DNA of 64,000 nt, from assembly GCA_013821905.1 (NCBI GenBank), contig PNJO01000001.1:5989-69988 (forward strand), read 5' to 3'. Origin of the DNA: Sphingopyxis sp. GTDB lineage: Bacteria; Pseudomonadota; Alphaproteobacteria; Sphingomonadales; Sphingomonadaceae. Positions 36,652-48,103 of the stretch are shown piece after piece; positions within the stretch are counted from its first letter, which is position 1, and each line of letters opens with the position of its first letter. The notes beneath the pieces are model-generated. The model saw nothing but the letters and a program-made list of their open reading frames with translations. It did no database searches and was not told where the DNA came from. Position numbers and translations under genes: made by a program.

Positions 36652-38361
36652 ATGATCGACGATATCGTCGAAGCGGCGTCCCGCGAGCGCGACACGGGCG
36701 ACCATGACGAATTGACCGTCGTCAATTGGTGGCGCCGGCTTGCGACCGGTCGGGACAAGGAGATCGCCGTACTGGAGGCGGGCGAGGGCGTCAGCTTCGG
36801 CGATCTCGATCGCCGTTCGGCCGACCTTGCTTGGGCGCTTCTCGATGCCGGCTATGGCAAGGGCAGCCGCATCGCGCTGCTGATGGGCAACAGCGCGGAC
36901 TGGATTGCGGCGTGGCTTGCGACGCAGCGCATCGGCGCGCTGGCGGTGTTCGTGAGCAGCTTTTTCGCCGAGCAGGAACTGCGCCACGCCCTCCGTCACG
37001 CCGATGCGCAATTACTGCTCCTCGATCCCGCCTATCTCCACCATGACTATCTGGCGCGGATGGAGACGGCGTTCCCGGACCTTGCGGCGCACGAGGGTTC
37101 GGGGCCGCTCTTGATTGACGAGGCGCCATATCTGCGGGCGGTGTGGACGAGCAAACCCGCCGCGCGCGCGTGGGTCGAGACCGATTTCGCCAGCGCCGCG
37201 CGAACGGGACAGCGCGTCGCCGCGCGCGCGCCGGCGCTCCTGGACCGGATCGCTGCGGAAATTCATCCCGCGGATGCCTCGGCGATCATCTATACGTCGG
37301 GAAGCACCGCGCATCCGAAAGCAGTCGTCCACCGGCAGGGGGTGGTCGCGGACAAGATCCGCTTCCTGGCGGGCAATAATGCGGTCATTCCGGCCGATAC
37401 CGGGGCGGGAGACCGGGTGCTCGTCACCATGCCGCTGTTCTGGGTCGGGGGATTCCTGTCGTGCTTCGGGGCTCTCGAACGCGGTGCTTCGGTGGCCTTT
37501 TCGCCCGCCTTGCCCGCGGCCCGGTTGTGGGACGAGATCGAGACGATCGGCGCAACCCACGTCACCGGCCCCGATGCGACCTTGCGAAGCCTGCAGGACC
37601 ATATCGGACCCGGCTGCCGGCTCGCCGACCGTCTGAAGCCGCAGAACAGCAACCAGATGGCATGGTTCCGCGGCGAGCAGGGCTATGACCCCGACAGCAT
37701 CGGATCGGCTTTCGGCATGACCGAGACGATGGGACCGCACAGCGGGTTCCGGTCGATCGACGACACCTATGGCATGCAGGCCGGGAGCCTCGGCGGTGCA
37801 CTTGGCCGGATGGAGCGGCGGATCGCCGACCCCGTGACGGAAGAGGATGTCGCGCCGGGAACCGAGGGCGAGCTGCGCGTCAGGGGACCCTGGCTGATGG
37901 AGGGATATTACAAGCAGCAGCGCGGCACGGGGCTCGATGACCGGGGCTATTTCCGCACCGGGGATCGCTGCATCATCGACGATGCCGACCGGCTGCATTT
38001 CGTCGGCCGCGACAGCGGCATGATCAAGACGTCGGGCGCCAATGTCGCGCCCGAGGAAGTCGAGAACGCGCTGCGCCAGTGCGACGAGGTCATCGAGGCG
38101 GTGGTCATCGGCATGCCCGATCCGGTGCGCGGGCAGCTCGTGGTGGCCTTTGTGGCGCCGCGGCCGGGCGCGGCGCTTGACGCGGACATGCTGCGCGACT
38201 GGCTGCGACCGCGCGTGTCGAGCTTCAAGATTCCGCGGCGGTTTCTGTTCATGCCGTTCGACGACATGCCGCGCACCGCGAGCAACAAGATCCACCGCGG
38301 CGCGCTCGCGGAGATCGCGGAAGCGCGCGCGCGCACCGACGAGGGCATTCCGACAAATTGA
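36652..38361 (+). CDS. Acyl-CoA synthetase (AMP-binding)
   Basis: YTSGSTAHPK, FGMTET, RTGD, GANVAPEEVE. Confidence 0.93.
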   Translation: MIDDIVEAASRERDTGDHDELTVVNWWRRLATGRDKEIAVLEAGEGVSFGDLDRRSADLAWALLDAGYGKGSRIALLMGNSADWIAAWLATQRIGALAVFVSSFFAEQELRHALRHADAQLLLLDPAYLHHDYLARMETAFPDLAAHEGSGPLLIDEAPYLRAVWTSKPAARAWVETDFASAARTGQRVAARAPALLDRIAAEIHPADASAIIYTSGSTAHPKAVVHRQGVVADKIRFLAGNNAVIPADTGAGDRVLVTMPLFWVGGFLSCFGALERGASVAFSPALPAARLWDEIETIGATHVTGPDATLRSLQDHIGPGCRLADRLKPQNSNQMAWFRGEQGYDPDSIGSAFGMTETMGPHSGFRSIDDTYGMQAGSLGGALGRMERRIADPVTEEDVAPGTEGELRVRGPWLMEGYYKQQRGTGLDDRGYFRTGDRCIIDDADRLHFVGRDSGMIKTSGANVAPEEVENALRQCDEVIEAVVIGMPDPVRGQLVVAFVAPRPGAALDADMLRDWLRPRVSSFKIPRRFLFMPFDDMPRTASNKIHRGALAEIAEARARTDEGIPTN

Positions 38362-38389
38362 TTGACCAAAACAAATGGGGAGAGATGCA

Positions 38390-40729
38390 ATGCAGACAGT
38401 TCGGCACCTTCTGATCGGCGCGGCGGTCTGGCCGCTCGCGCTGGCGATTTGCGGTCCGGCGGCGGCACAGGATGCCCCCGCGCCGCCGGTCGACGAAACC
38501 GGGCGCGGCAACTCGGTACTGAACGAGGATATCGTGGTCACTGCGCAGCGCCGCGACCAGAATGTCCAGGATGTGCCGATCTCGATCACGGCGATCGGCG
38601 GCAACCAGCTCGCGGCCATGAACATCCAGGACGCGCAGCGGATCGTCGACATGGTCCCGAACTTCAAGGCAGCCGGGCTCGGCGGCGCCGGCGGCCCGCC
38701 CTTCTTCAACATTCGCGGCATCAGCTTCGTCGATTTTTCCAACATCAACGAGGCGTCGGTCGCGCTCTATATCGACGATGTCTATCAGGTCGCGCAGGGC
38801 ACCGGGACGTCGCAGGTCTTCGATCTCGAACGCGTCGAGGTGCTGCGCGGGCCGCAGGGAACCTTGTTCGGACGCAACTCGACCGCCGGCGTCGTCCATT
38901 ATATCTCGAAGAAGCCGGGCGACACGTTCGAGGGCGATATCAGCGCGCAATATGGCCGCTTCAACCAGGTCATTCTCCAGATGGCGGCGGGTGGACCCGT
39001 TGCCGAAGGGCTGCGCGCGCGTTTCGCGCTCAAATATAACCGCGACGATGGCACCCAGCTCGACCCCGTGTCGGGTCAGCGCTTCGCGAAGACCGACGCG
39101 CTTGCAGCGCGCGCGATCGTCCAGGCCGACCTGTCGTCGGCGGTCACTTTCGAAGCCAAGCTCAGCTATGCCCGCAACGACGGACAGTCGCCGATCCACC
39201 GGCCCTATTTCGTGCTCGATCCCAATAATCCGAGCGGCTATTGCGGCGGCCGTCCGGTGCCCGGCTCGGCGGCGGACCTCGCCCATGCCGCCTGTATCCT
39301 CGCCAACCGCGGCGTCAGCCGCACCGCGGGTCAGGCGTTCGACAATTTCAAGGCGACGCGGGGGCGGTCGGATGTCGACGAATGGCCATTCCGTTACACG
39401 AGCTGGGGCGGCTATGCGAAGCTCACCGCCGATCTCGGCTTTGCCGAACTGATTTCGATCACGGGCTATGAAAATTACCGTCAGGCCTTCAGCTATGACG
39501 GCGACGGGTTCGACAACCGGCCCTATGGCGGTTCGGGCTCGCGCGATCTCGGCATCTATTTCCAGTCCAGATCGGACACGATCTCGCAGGAGATCAGGCT
39601 TTCGGGACGCACCGACGGCGGCATACAGTGGCAGCTCGGCGGATATTATTACGACGCCGAGCAGCGCGCGGATTCGACGATCGCCGTCGACAATGTGAAG
39701 ACCGACCTCATCGGCTATACCACGCATACGCGAAGCTACGCGGGGTTCGGCCAGGTCGACGTGCCGATCGGCGACAAGGTGACGCTGACGGGTGGGCTTC
39801 GCTACACCGACGACCGGCGCATTCTCGATCCGCTCGATTGCAGCCGCAGCATCACGAGCACGACCTGCGCGCCGACGCCGATCCCGCGGATCGACGATGG
39901 CGAGCTGACCTATCGCCTTGCCGCCGAGTTCCGTCCGGCGGACGATCTGCTCGTCTACGCGGCCTTTTCGCACGGCTTCAAGAGCGGCGGCTTCAACACC
40001 AATCGCAATCCGCTCCTGCGCGGGCCGGTCGGTTCCGAGGAAATCGACAATTATGAAGTGGGCTTCAAGAGCAAATTCTTCGACAATCGCGTCACGCTGA
40101 ACGCGGCCGCCTTCTACTATAAATATACCGGCATCCAGGCCTTGATCGGGACGACCGATCCGCTGACCGGCGCATCGAATGTGCTCTACATCAACGCGGG
40201 CGATCCGCGCACCTATGGCGCGGAGGCCGAGCTGACGGCGAGCCTGACCGACGATCTGGAACTGCGCCTCGGCGTCGGTTACCTCGATACGAAGGTTATC
40301 GCGGACCCGAGCTTTACCGCCGATGGCCGCGTGCTGAATGGCAATCGCCTGCCGCAGGCGCCCGAGTTCAGCGGCAATATGATCCTGCGCTACAATATTC
40401 CGCTCGGTGACAGCGGCACGCTGACCTTGCAGGCCGACGGGCGCTATCAGACCTCGGTCTATTCGGGGATCGACAACGACCCGGCCGAACGCGTTCCGGC
40501 CTATGGCATCGCCAACGCGCGCATCGGCTGGAAGTCGGCGGACCGGAGCTATTCGATCGAAGCCTTTGTCGACAACGTCTTCGACAAGCAGGTTATCCAG
40601 CAGATGTTCCACAATACGCTGGGGTCGTTCCCGACGACGGTCACCGCGAACGCACCGCTGTTCGATTCGGGGTTCGGCGTCTGGGGCCGGCCGCGAACCT
40701 GGGGAATCCGGGCAGGTTATAGCTTTTGA
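38390..40729 (+). CDS. TonB-dependent receptor
   Basis: Signal peptide, IVVTAQRR, RVEVLRGPQGTLFGRN, C-terminal F. Confidence 0.95.
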   Translation: MQTVRHLLIGAAVWPLALAICGPAAAQDAPAPPVDETGRGNSVLNEDIVVTAQRRDQNVQDVPISITAIGGNQLAAMNIQDAQRIVDMVPNFKAAGLGGAGGPPFFNIRGISFVDFSNINEASVALYIDDVYQVAQGTGTSQVFDLERVEVLRGPQGTLFGRNSTAGVVHYISKKPGDTFEGDISAQYGRFNQVILQMAAGGPVAEGLRARFALKYNRDDGTQLDPVSGQRFAKTDALAARAIVQADLSSAVTFEAKLSYARNDGQSPIHRPYFVLDPNNPSGYCGGRPVPGSAADLAHAACILANRGVSRTAGQAFDNFKATRGRSDVDEWPFRYTSWGGYAKLTADLGFAELISITGYENYRQAFSYDGDGFDNRPYGGSGSRDLGIYFQSRSDTISQEIRLSGRTDGGIQWQLGGYYYDAEQRADSTIAVDNVKTDLIGYTTHTRSYAGFGQVDVPIGDKVTLTGGLRYTDDRRILDPLDCSRSITSTTCAPTPIPRIDDGELTYRLAAEFRPADDLLVYAAFSHGFKSGGFNTNRNPLLRGPVGSEEIDNYEVGFKSKFFDNRVTLNAAAFYYKYTGIQALIGTTDPLTGASNVLYINAGDPRTYGAEAELTASLTDDLELRLGVGYLDTKVIADPSFTADGRVLNGNRLPQAPEFSGNMILRYNIPLGDSGTLTLQADGRYQTSVYSGIDNDPAERVPAYGIANARIGWKSADRSYSIEAFVDNVFDKQVIQQMFHNTLGSFPTTVTANAPLFDSGFGVWGRPRTWGIRAGYSF

Positions 40730-42042
40730 CGAACCCGAGCGTCGATATGTCCGCTGCGCAAGGGCAGGCCAGCCCTTCCGCGGCGGCGCGGCGCTATGCG
40801 CTGCTGCTGCTGTTCCTCGCCTATGTCGTCAACTATATCGACCGCCAGATCGTCACGATCCTCCAGGAGCCGATCAAGGCCGACCTGGGGCTCAGCGACA
40901 CCCAGCTCGGGCTGATGACGGGCCTCAGTTTCGCGCTCTTCTACGCGACGCTCGGAATCCCGATCGCGCGGATCGCCGACCGGCATTCGCGGACGCGGCT
41001 GATCGCAGGGGCGATCACCTTGTGGAGCGCGATGACTGCTGCATGCGCCGCCGCGGGCAATTTCTGGACGCTGCTGATGCTCCGGATGGGCGTCGGGGTC
41101 GGCGAGGCCGGGCTCAGCCCGCCGGCGCATTCGCTTATTTCCGACTATTATGAGCCCGAACGGCGCGCGACGGCGATCGGCATCTATTCGGTCGGGATCC
41201 AGGTCGGCGTCTTCCTCGGGTTTCTCGCCGGCGGGGTCATCAATCACTTCTTCGGTTGGCGGATGGCGTTCCTCGTCGTTGGCTTGCCGGGGCTTCTGCT
41301 GGCGCTCCTGATCCGCTTCACGATGCGCGAGCCTCCGCGCGGGCAATTTGATCCGCCTGCGGATCGGGCCGGCGCGCCCGGCAACGAAGGCCTGTTCGCT
41401 TCACTGGCGGCGCTATGGCGCATCAGGCCGTTTCGATACGCTGCTTTCGCGTCGGGTTTTCATGCCCTCGTCCTTTATGGTCATGGCCATTGGGCGCCCC
41501 CCTATCTCGGGCGCCTCCACGCCATGCCGCTCCACGAGATCGCCTTCTGGCTGGCGATTCTGGCGGTTCTGCCGGGCGCGCTCGGCATCTGGCTCAGCGG
41601 CATCGCCGCGGACTGGCTCGTCCGCCGGTCGCCGAAGGGGCGGCTTTGGGTCGCGTCGGGAAGCCTTGCGCTGCTGATCCCGTTCGAAATTGCCTATGCG
41701 CTTGCGGGCAGCCCCGGGCTGGCGCTCGCGATGTCGGCGATCACCCATTTCCTCGGCGGCGCCTATCTAGCGCCGACGATCGCCTTCGCCCACAGCCAGG
41801 TCACGCCGCGCCAGCGCGCGTCGGCTTCGGCGGTGCTGCTGCTCGGGCTCAACCTGATCGGGCTTGGCATCGGCCCGATGCTGGTCGGGCTGCTCAGCGA
41901 TGCGGCGACCGCACAGGGGTTCGGGACCGCGGGCCTGCGCTACGCGCTGCTCGCGATCATTCCCTCGCAGTTCGTCGCGCTGGCGCTTTTTCTCCGGGCC
42001 AACGCCATCGACGCGCCTCCGCTTCCATCCAGCAAGGAATAA
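40726..42042 (+). CDS. MFS transporter (spinster-like)
   Basis: NYIDRQ...IKADLGLSDTQLG; many TM segments. Confidence 0.93.
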   Translation: MTNPSVDMSAAQGQASPSAAARRYALLLLFLAYVVNYIDRQIVTILQEPIKADLGLSDTQLGLMTGLSFALFYATLGIPIARIADRHSRTRLIAGAITLWSAMTAACAAAGNFWTLLMLRMGVGVGEAGLSPPAHSLISDYYEPERRATAIGIYSVGIQVGVFLGFLAGGVINHFFGWRMAFLVVGLPGLLLALLIRFTMREPPRGQFDPPADRAGAPGNEGLFASLAALWRIRPFRYAAFASGFHALVLYGHGHWAPPYLGRLHAMPLHEIAFWLAILAVLPGALGIWLSGIAADWLVRRSPKGRLWVASGSLALLIPFEIAYALAGSPGLALAMSAITHFLGGAYLAPTIAFAHSQVTPRQRASASAVLLLGLNLIGLGIGPMLVGLLSDAATAQGFGTAGLRYALLAIIPSQFVALALFLRANAIDAPPLPSSKE

Positions 42043-43331
42043 TGACCATGGCATCCCAAGCAACGCCGATCTGGTCGAAGCCCTTCTATCGGGGCTGGTT
42101 CCTGTTCCTGCTCACCATGGCCTATGCGCTGAACTTTCTCGACCGGCAGCTCTTGTCGATCCTGCAGGAGCCGGTGAAGGCCGAACTCGAGCTCAGCGAT
42201 ACGCAGCTCGGGCTCATCGGCGGGCCGGTGTTCGCATTGCTCTACGTCGGGCTCGGCGTGCCGATCGCGCGCCTCTCCGACCGCACCAACCGGGTGCGGA
42301 TCATTTCGGGCGCGATCGGCCTCTGGAGCATCGCCACGGCGACATGCGGCCTCGCTGCCAACTTCTTCCAGCTCGCCGCCTCGCGGATGACCGTGGCGGT
42401 CGGCGAAGCGGCAGCGACCGCGCCGTCCTATGCGCTGCTCGCCGATCTCTACAAGAAGGAGCAGCGCGCGAGTGCGATCGGCATCTTTACGACCGGAACC
42501 TCGATCGGTTCGGCACTCGGCCTCGCGCTCGGCGGCTGGGTCGGCTTTACTTATGGATGGCGCAGCGCCTTTCTGATCATCGGCCTGCCGGGCGTGCTCC
42601 TCGCGCTCGTCATCTTTCTCACCTTGCGCGAACCGCCGCGCGGCTTCTCGGACGGGCGCAGCGCCGACGTGCCGCCCGCGAAATTCGCCGAGGTGGCAAA
42701 GCGGGCGCTCGCGACGCGGGCCTTTCCGGGGATCGCCTTTGCGATCGGCATCGCCAGCATTTCGGGCTTCGCGCTCGCGCACTGGATGCCGAGCTTCATG
42801 GTCCGCAGCTTCGGGGTCACCATCGCCGAGGCGGGGTGGCGCGTCGCGCTGGCTTCGGGCGGCGGCGGCCTTGTCGGCGGCCTCGTGGGCGGCTTCGTCT
42901 GCGACCGTCTCGCGAAACGCGACCGGCGCTGGTGGTGCTGGGCGCCGGCGATCGCCTTCTTCCTCAACATTCCGTTGATGCTGCTCCTGTTCCGCGCGAC
43001 GAGCGCGACCGAAGCCATGCTGTTGATGGCGGCGGTGCTCTTTCTCTATCATTTCTGGGGCGGGGCAGGGCATTCACTGATCCAGAGCCTTGTTGGCGTC
43101 CGCATGCGCGCCACCGCCGCCGCACTGTTCCTGATGTGCATCAGCCTGATCGGACAGGGGCTGGGTCCGCTCGTCGTCGGTTTCGCGAGCGACCGGCTTC
43201 ACGCGGGGGCGGGCGCCGAATCGCTGCGCTATGCGCTGATGGCGACGACGCCGGTCTGGCTCGTTGCGGGATTGCTCTGGATGTGGGCCGCGACGCGGCT
43301 GCGCGAGGAACTCGACAATACGCCCGAATGA
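42042..43331 (+). CDS. MFS transporter (spinster-like), tandem paralogue
   Basis: NFLDRQ...VKAELELSDTQLG; ATG at 42042 or 42048. Confidence 0.93.
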   Translation: MTMASQATPIWSKPFYRGWFLFLLTMAYALNFLDRQLLSILQEPVKAELELSDTQLGLIGGPVFALLYVGLGVPIARLSDRTNRVRIISGAIGLWSIATATCGLAANFFQLAASRMTVAVGEAAATAPSYALLADLYKKEQRASAIGIFTTGTSIGSALGLALGGWVGFTYGWRSAFLIIGLPGVLLALVIFLTLREPPRGFSDGRSADVPPAKFAEVAKRALATRAFPGIAFAIGIASISGFALAHWMPSFMVRSFGVTIAEAGWRVALASGGGGLVGGLVGGFVCDRLAKRDRRWWCWAPAIAFFLNIPLMLLLFRATSATEAMLLMAAVLFLYHFWGGAGHSLIQSLVGVRMRATAAALFLMCISLIGQGLGPLVVGFASDRLHAGAGAESLRYALMATTPVWLVAGLLWMWAATRLREELDNTPE

Positions 43332-43356
43332 ACGTGGGCGCCCGCCGGGACTTCGT

Positions 43357-44487
43357 CTAGGGAATGGCGCCGCTCGCCTTGAGCGCGGCGAGGCGCGCCG
43401 CGTCATAGCCAAGGCTTGCGAACAACGTATCGCCGTCGGCGCCCACGGCGGGGGCCGGCTGCGGCACCGGATTGACGGTCGCCGAATAGCGCGGCGCGGG
43501 GGCAGGGTGCGGAACGCCCGCGACGCTCACGAAGGTGTCGCGCGCGACATTGTGAGGATGGAGCGGCGCTTCGCCGAGCGACAGCACGGGAGCGAAGCAG
43601 ACGTCGGTCGCCTCCATCAGCGCGCACCATTCGTCACGCGTCTTGCCCGAGAACAGCGCGGCGACCTTTTCCTTGAGGGCAGGCCATTGCGCCTCGTCGA
43701 GTTGGGCATCGAAGGCGGGATCGGCATCGAGGCCGGTCTTTTCGCGGAGCAGCGCATAGAATTGCGGTTCGATCGACCCGATCGAGATGAATTTGCCGTC
43801 GGAGCAGGTGTAGGTGTCGTAGAAATGCGCGCCGCCGTCGAGGCGGTTCACACCGGCCTCGTCGCGGATCATGCCGGCGCCGTGGAACCACCAGCTCATG
43901 CCGGCCAGCAGCGCCGAGCCGTCGGTCATCGCGCAGTCGATGACCTGGCCTTCGCCGGTCTTCGCCGCGTGAAGCAGCGCGCTCGCCATGCCGAAGGCGA
44001 GCATCATGCCGCCGCCGCCGAAGTCGCCGACATAATTGACCGGCGGCACGGGCTTTTCGCCGGCGCGGCCGATGCCGTGGAGCACGCCCGAGAGCGAGAT
44101 GTAATTGATGTCGTGCCCCGCCGCCTGCGCATAGGGGCCGAATTGCCCCCAACCGGTCATGCGGCCGTAAACGAGCTTCGGATTATCGGCGAGCAGCACC
44201 TCGGGGCCGAGCCCGAGCCGTTCCATGACGCCCGGACGATAGCCTTCGATGATCCCGTCGGCGCCGCGGCAAAGGTCGCGCGCAGCGTCGATCGCGCCAT
44301 CCTTCTTCATGTCGAGCACGACCGACTTGCGATTGCGGCAGAGCGGGTCGCGCGGGTCCATGATGCCGCCGGGGCGATCGATACGGATCACCTCGGCGCC
44401 ATGGTCGGCGAGCATCATGCCGCAGAAGGGGCCGGGACCGATGCCGGCAAATTCGATGATCCGGATTCCCGTCAGCGGTCCCGCCAT
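43357..44487 (-). CDS. CaiB/BaiF family, alpha-methylacyl-CoA racemase-like
   Basis: [21 protein letters not shown]. Confidence 0.9.
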   Translation of the reverse strand: MAGPLTGIRIIEFAGIGPGPFCGMMLADHGAEVIRIDRPGGIMDPRDPLCRNRKSVVLDMKKDGAIDAARDLCRGADGIIEGYRPGVMERLGLGPEVLLADNPKLVYGRMTGWGQFGPYAQAAGHDINYISLSGVLHGIGRAGEKPVPPVNYVGDFGGGGMMLAFGMASALLHAAKTGEGQVIDCAMTDGSALLAGMSWWFHGAGMIRDEAGVNRLDGGAHFYDTYTCSDGKFISIGSIEPQFYALLREKTGLDADPAFDAQLDEAQWPALKEKVAALFSGKTRDEWCALMEATDVCFAPVLSLGEAPLHPHNVARDTFVSVAGVPHPAPAPRYSATVNPVPQPAPAVGADGDTLFASLGYDAARLAALKASGAIP

Positions 44488-44519
44488 GTGATTTTCCCCT
44501 GTTCTTTCCGCGGCGCGCT

Positions 44520-45773
44520 TCAGCCGAGGCGTTCGATGACGATCGCGGGGGCCATGCCGCCCGCCGCGCACATGGTGACGAGACCATAACGGCCGCCCGA
44601 GCGTTCGAGTTCGTCGAGCGCGGTGCCGATGAGGATCGATCCGGTGGCGCCGATCGGATGGCCGAGCGCCATCGCGCCGCCGTTGATGTTCACCTTCTCG
44701 CGGTCGAGATCGAGATCGCGGATGAACTTTTCGGCGACGACGGCAAAGGCCTCGTTGATTTCCCAGACGTCGATATCGTCCTTGGTCAGCCCGGCCTTGG
44801 CGAGCACCTTCTTCGCAGCCGGGACGGGGGCGTTGAGCATCAGCGTCGGATCGTCGCCGACATTGGCATAGGCGACGACGCGCGCACGCGGCTTGAGGCC
44901 GTTCTTCTCGGCATAATCCTTCGAGGTGATCAGCAGCGCGGCGGCGCCGTCGACGACGCCCGAGCTGTTACCGGCATGGTGGACGCCCTCGAAGTCGAGA
45001 TCGGGATAGCGGCGCTGGATCTGCTTCTTGAAGGTGACGCCGCCGCCAAGATCGAAGTCGGCAAGCGCGCCGAAGCTGGGCTTGAGCGAGGCGAGACCTT
45101 CCGCCGTGGTTTCGGGACGCGGAAATTCCTCATGGTCGAGCGCGACGCTGCCGTCGGGGTTGTGGACGGGGACGACAGATTTCGCGAAACGGCCTTCCCT
45201 GATCGCCTTGTCGGCGCGCTGCTGGCTGACGAGCGCGAGCGCGTCGACCGCCGCGCGGTCGATTCCCTCGATCGCGGCGATCGCGTCGCCGCAGACGCCC
45301 TGGTGCGATTGCGGATGTATCTCGTCGAGCGCCGCGTTGCCCGCACCCATGCCGAGCGGCTTGAGGCCGGCATTGGCTTCTTCGGCGGCGAGCGTCGCCG
45401 TGTAGCTCATCATTTCGGTTCCGCCAGCGATGACGCAATCTTCCATGCCCGACATCACCGTTGCCGCGGCGAAGTTGACCGAGCTGATGCCGCCGCCGCA
45501 GAAGCGGTCGAGCGTGGTGCCCGAAGCCTTGACGTCATAGCCCGCCGAAAGCGCGGCCATGCGGCCGAGGTCGGTGCCTTGCTTGCCCTTCTGCGTCGAC
45601 GTCGACCAGATGATGTCGTCGACTTCGGCGGTGTTGAGATTGTTACGGTCCTTGATCGCCTTCAGCACCGTCGCGGCGAGATGCTGCGGGTGGAGATGCG
45701 AGAGCGCGCCCTTGCCGGGCTTGCCGATCCCGCGCGGGGTACGGACGGCGTCGATGATATAGGCTTCGGTCAT
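44520..45773 (-). CDS. Thiolase (acetyl-CoA C-acyltransferase)
   Basis: [24 protein letters not shown]. Confidence 0.95.
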   Translation of the reverse strand: MTEAYIIDAVRTPRGIGKPGKGALSHLHPQHLAATVLKAIKDRNNLNTAEVDDIIWSTSTQKGKQGTDLGRMAALSAGYDVKASGTTLDRFCGGGISSVNFAAATVMSGMEDCVIAGGTEMMSYTATLAAEEANAGLKPLGMGAGNAALDEIHPQSHQGVCGDAIAAIEGIDRAAVDALALVSQQRADKAIREGRFAKSVVPVHNPDGSVALDHEEFPRPETTAEGLASLKPSFGALADFDLGGGVTFKKQIQRRYPDLDFEGVHHAGNSSGVVDGAAALLITSKDYAEKNGLKPRARVVAYANVGDDPTLMLNAPVPAAKKVLAKAGLTKDDIDVWEINEAFAVVAEKFIRDLDLDREKVNINGGAMALGHPIGATGSILIGTALDELERSGGRYGLVTMCAAGGMAPAIVIERLG

Positions 45774-45791
45774 GGTCGGATTTCCTTGTGG

Positions 45792-46997
45792 TCAGGCGGG
45801 AATCTGGTTGAAGGGCACGCCCTTGTCGGGGCGGTGATCCTGCGGCAGGCCGAGAATCTTTTCGGCGATGGTGTTGAGCAGCATCTCGTCGGCGCCGCCG
45901 GCGATGCGGCCGGTCGGGGCGTTGATCCAGCTGTTGGTCCAATTATCCTTGACGAAACCATGCGCGTCATAGGCAAAGCCGCTGCTGCCCTGGAGGTCGA
46001 TCGCGAGCTCCGACAGCTTCTGGCGCGAGCGAACCGAGACGAGCTTGTTGAGCGAGCCTTCGGGCCCCGGGGTCATTCCCGCCTGCATCATCAGCATCGC
46101 GCGCGCGGTGATCGCATCGAGGCCCGATCGCATCGCGTAGTTGCGCGCGATCTGCTGGCGGATGCGGCTATCCTCGATCGCCGGCTTGCCGCCGAAGTCG
46201 GTCGCTTTCGCAAGGTCGATGAAGAGGTCGAGGTGCGGACCGAAGCCGCCGCTGTCGGTCGCGACATAGCGCTCGATCATCAGCGTTGCCATCGCGACGG
46301 CAAAGCCGCCGCCGACGGGCGACATGCGGTGATCGTCACCGATCTTCACATCGTCGAAGAAGACTTCGTTCACATGGCTGTCGCCGCCTGCGAGCTTGAT
46401 CGGGCGTACCGTGACGCCGGGGGCCTTCATGTCGACCCAGAAGTAAGTGAGTCCCTTGTGTTTCGGCACATTGGGGTCGGTCCGGGCGACGATGACGCCA
46501 TAGTCGCTATATTGCGCCCAGCTCGTCCAGACCTTCTGGCCGTTGAGCTTCCAGCCATTGCCATCGGTCTCGGCACGCGTGCGCAGCCCCGCGAGATCGG
46601 ATCCGCCGGCGGGCTCGGAAAAGAGCTGGCACCAGATTTCCTCGCCCTGCAACGCCTTCAATACGCGTTCGCGGACGAAATCCTTGTCTTCGCCGAACTG
46701 CATCAGGATCGGGACGGGCATGCCGAGCGAAATGCCGAAATAGGCGTTGGGGAAGCCGTGCTTCATCTCCTCGGCCTCGAAGGTCACCTTCTCGAGGTGC
46801 GTGAGACCCTGGCCGCCATATTCGGTCGGCCAGTTGATCCCGGCATAGCCGGCGTCGAATTTCGCCTTCTGATAGCGGCGTCCGAGCGCGAGGTCGTCGG
46901 CTTCGGAGAGCCCCTTGCGCGCACACTTTCCGAAGGTCGGCCTGACGCTCTCCAGCCAGGCAGCCGCCTTGGAGCGGTAGGCGTCGAGATTGCTCAT
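45792..46997 (-). CDS. Acyl-CoA dehydrogenase (long subunit)
   Basis: WCQLFSEPAGGSDLA, NGQKVWTS, IAGGADE. Confidence 0.93.
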   Translation of the reverse strand: MSNLDAYRSKAAAWLESVRPTFGKCARKGLSEADDLALGRRYQKAKFDAGYAGINWPTEYGGQGLTHLEKVTFEAEEMKHGFPNAYFGISLGMPVPILMQFGEDKDFVRERVLKALQGEEIWCQLFSEPAGGSDLAGLRTRAETDGNGWKLNGQKVWTSWAQYSDYGVIVARTDPNVPKHKGLTYFWVDMKAPGVTVRPIKLAGGDSHVNEVFFDDVKIGDDHRMSPVGGGFAVAMATLMIERYVATDSGGFGPHLDLFIDLAKATDFGGKPAIEDSRIRQQIARNYAMRSGLDAITARAMLMMQAGMTPGPEGSLNKLVSVRSRQKLSELAIDLQGSSGFAYDAHGFVKDNWTNSWINAPTGRIAGGADEMLLNTIAEKILGLPQDHRPDKGVPFNQIPA

Positions 46998-48088
46998 GCG
47001 GCTTCTCCTGTCAGGCGGTCGACCAATATATCCTCCCAGAACAGGCTGTTGCCCTGTTCGAGCGCAAGGCTGCGCGCGCGGCGCATATGAAGATGGAGGC
47101 CGGCCTCCCAGGTGACGCCGATGCCGCCATGGACCTGCACGCAGTCGCGCGCGGCGGTGTCATAGGCTTCGGTCGCCGACAGGCGCGCGGCGGCGGCGGC
47201 GAGGATGAATTCGGGCGTTTCCGCGCGCGCGGCGGCATGGATGCAGTTGGCGCGCGCGAGTTCGACGAGACCATAAAGTTCGGCGATGCGGTGCTTCACC
47301 GACTGGAAGCCGCCGATGAGCTGGCCGAAGGCGCGGCGGGTGAGGGCATAGTCGCGCGCGACTTCCATCAGCGCCTCGGCGCCGCCGGTCTGTTCATGCG
47401 CGGTGACGACCGCCTGCAGCGCGAGGATGTGGAGCGCCGCGTCGCGCGCCGCCGAGCCGGTGACCAGCGCTTCGGCGGGGGTGCCGGTAAAGCCGAGATC
47501 GGCGAACAGGCGGCTGTTGTCGAAGCTCGCGATCGCGGTGCGTGCCACCCCGGCGAGTTCGGCGATCGCCAGCACCGGCATGCCGGGGCCGTTCGCGAAG
47601 ACGATCGCGATGTCGGCGGCGAGCCCGCCTGCTACGCCCGTTGCCGTGCCGTCGATCCGGTCGTCGGTAAAGGTCAGCTTGGGGGCGGCGGGCAGGGCGT
47701 TGGCGCCCTCGGCAAAGGCGACTGCCCCGATGATCTCGCCGCTCGCCAGCCCGGGAAGCCAGCGCGTTTTCTGTGCATCGGATCCATATCGTTCGATGGC
47801 CTTCGCGGCGCCGAAGCTCGAGGTCAGAAAGGGCGCGCCGCTCAGCGTGCGTCCGGCCTGGTGCGCGATGAGGCCAAGTTCGGCGAGGCCGAGGTCGAGC
47901 CCCCCATAGGCTTCGGGGAGGGCAAGCGCCGTCCAGCCTTGCTCCTTAGCCGTCTCCCAGAAGGCCGTGTGATATTCGCCGCTCGCTTCGAGCAGGGGGA
48001 GCAGCTCGTCCTTGCTCACCCGGGCCTCGAGCACGCGGCGCGATTCGGTCGCGATCGCCTGCTGCCCCTCGTCGTACAAAATCGACAT
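46994..48088 (-). CDS. Acyl-CoA dehydrogenase (short partner subunit)
   Basis: RRAFGQLIGGFQSVKH, QVHGGIGVTWE; lacks the SEP.GSD motif. Confidence 0.9.
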   Translation of the reverse strand: MSILYDEGQQAIATESRRVLEARVSKDELLPLLEASGEYHTAFWETAKEQGWTALALPEAYGGLDLGLAELGLIAHQAGRTLSGAPFLTSSFGAAKAIERYGSDAQKTRWLPGLASGEIIGAVAFAEGANALPAAPKLTFTDDRIDGTATGVAGGLAADIAIVFANGPGMPVLAIAELAGVARTAIASFDNSRLFADLGFTGTPAEALVTGSAARDAALHILALQAVVTAHEQTGGAEALMEVARDYALTRRAFGQLIGGFQSVKHRIAELYGLVELARANCIHAAARAETPEFILAAAAARLSATEAYDTAARDCVQVHGGIGVTWEAGLHLHMRRARSLALEQGNSLFWEDILVDRLTGEAA

Positions 48089-48103
48089 AGCGGTCCTGTT
48101 CCT

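Noticed and set aside
41415..42041. Extension of the second MFS to 638 aa
   Set aside because: Overlaps the first MFS; RBS and ATG at 42042/42048
44658..47090. Long antisense ORFs (also 38249-40612, 54046-56343, 47087-48946, 5740-7254, 15194-16423)
   Set aside because: Shadows of well-supported genes on the opposite strand in GC-rich DNA
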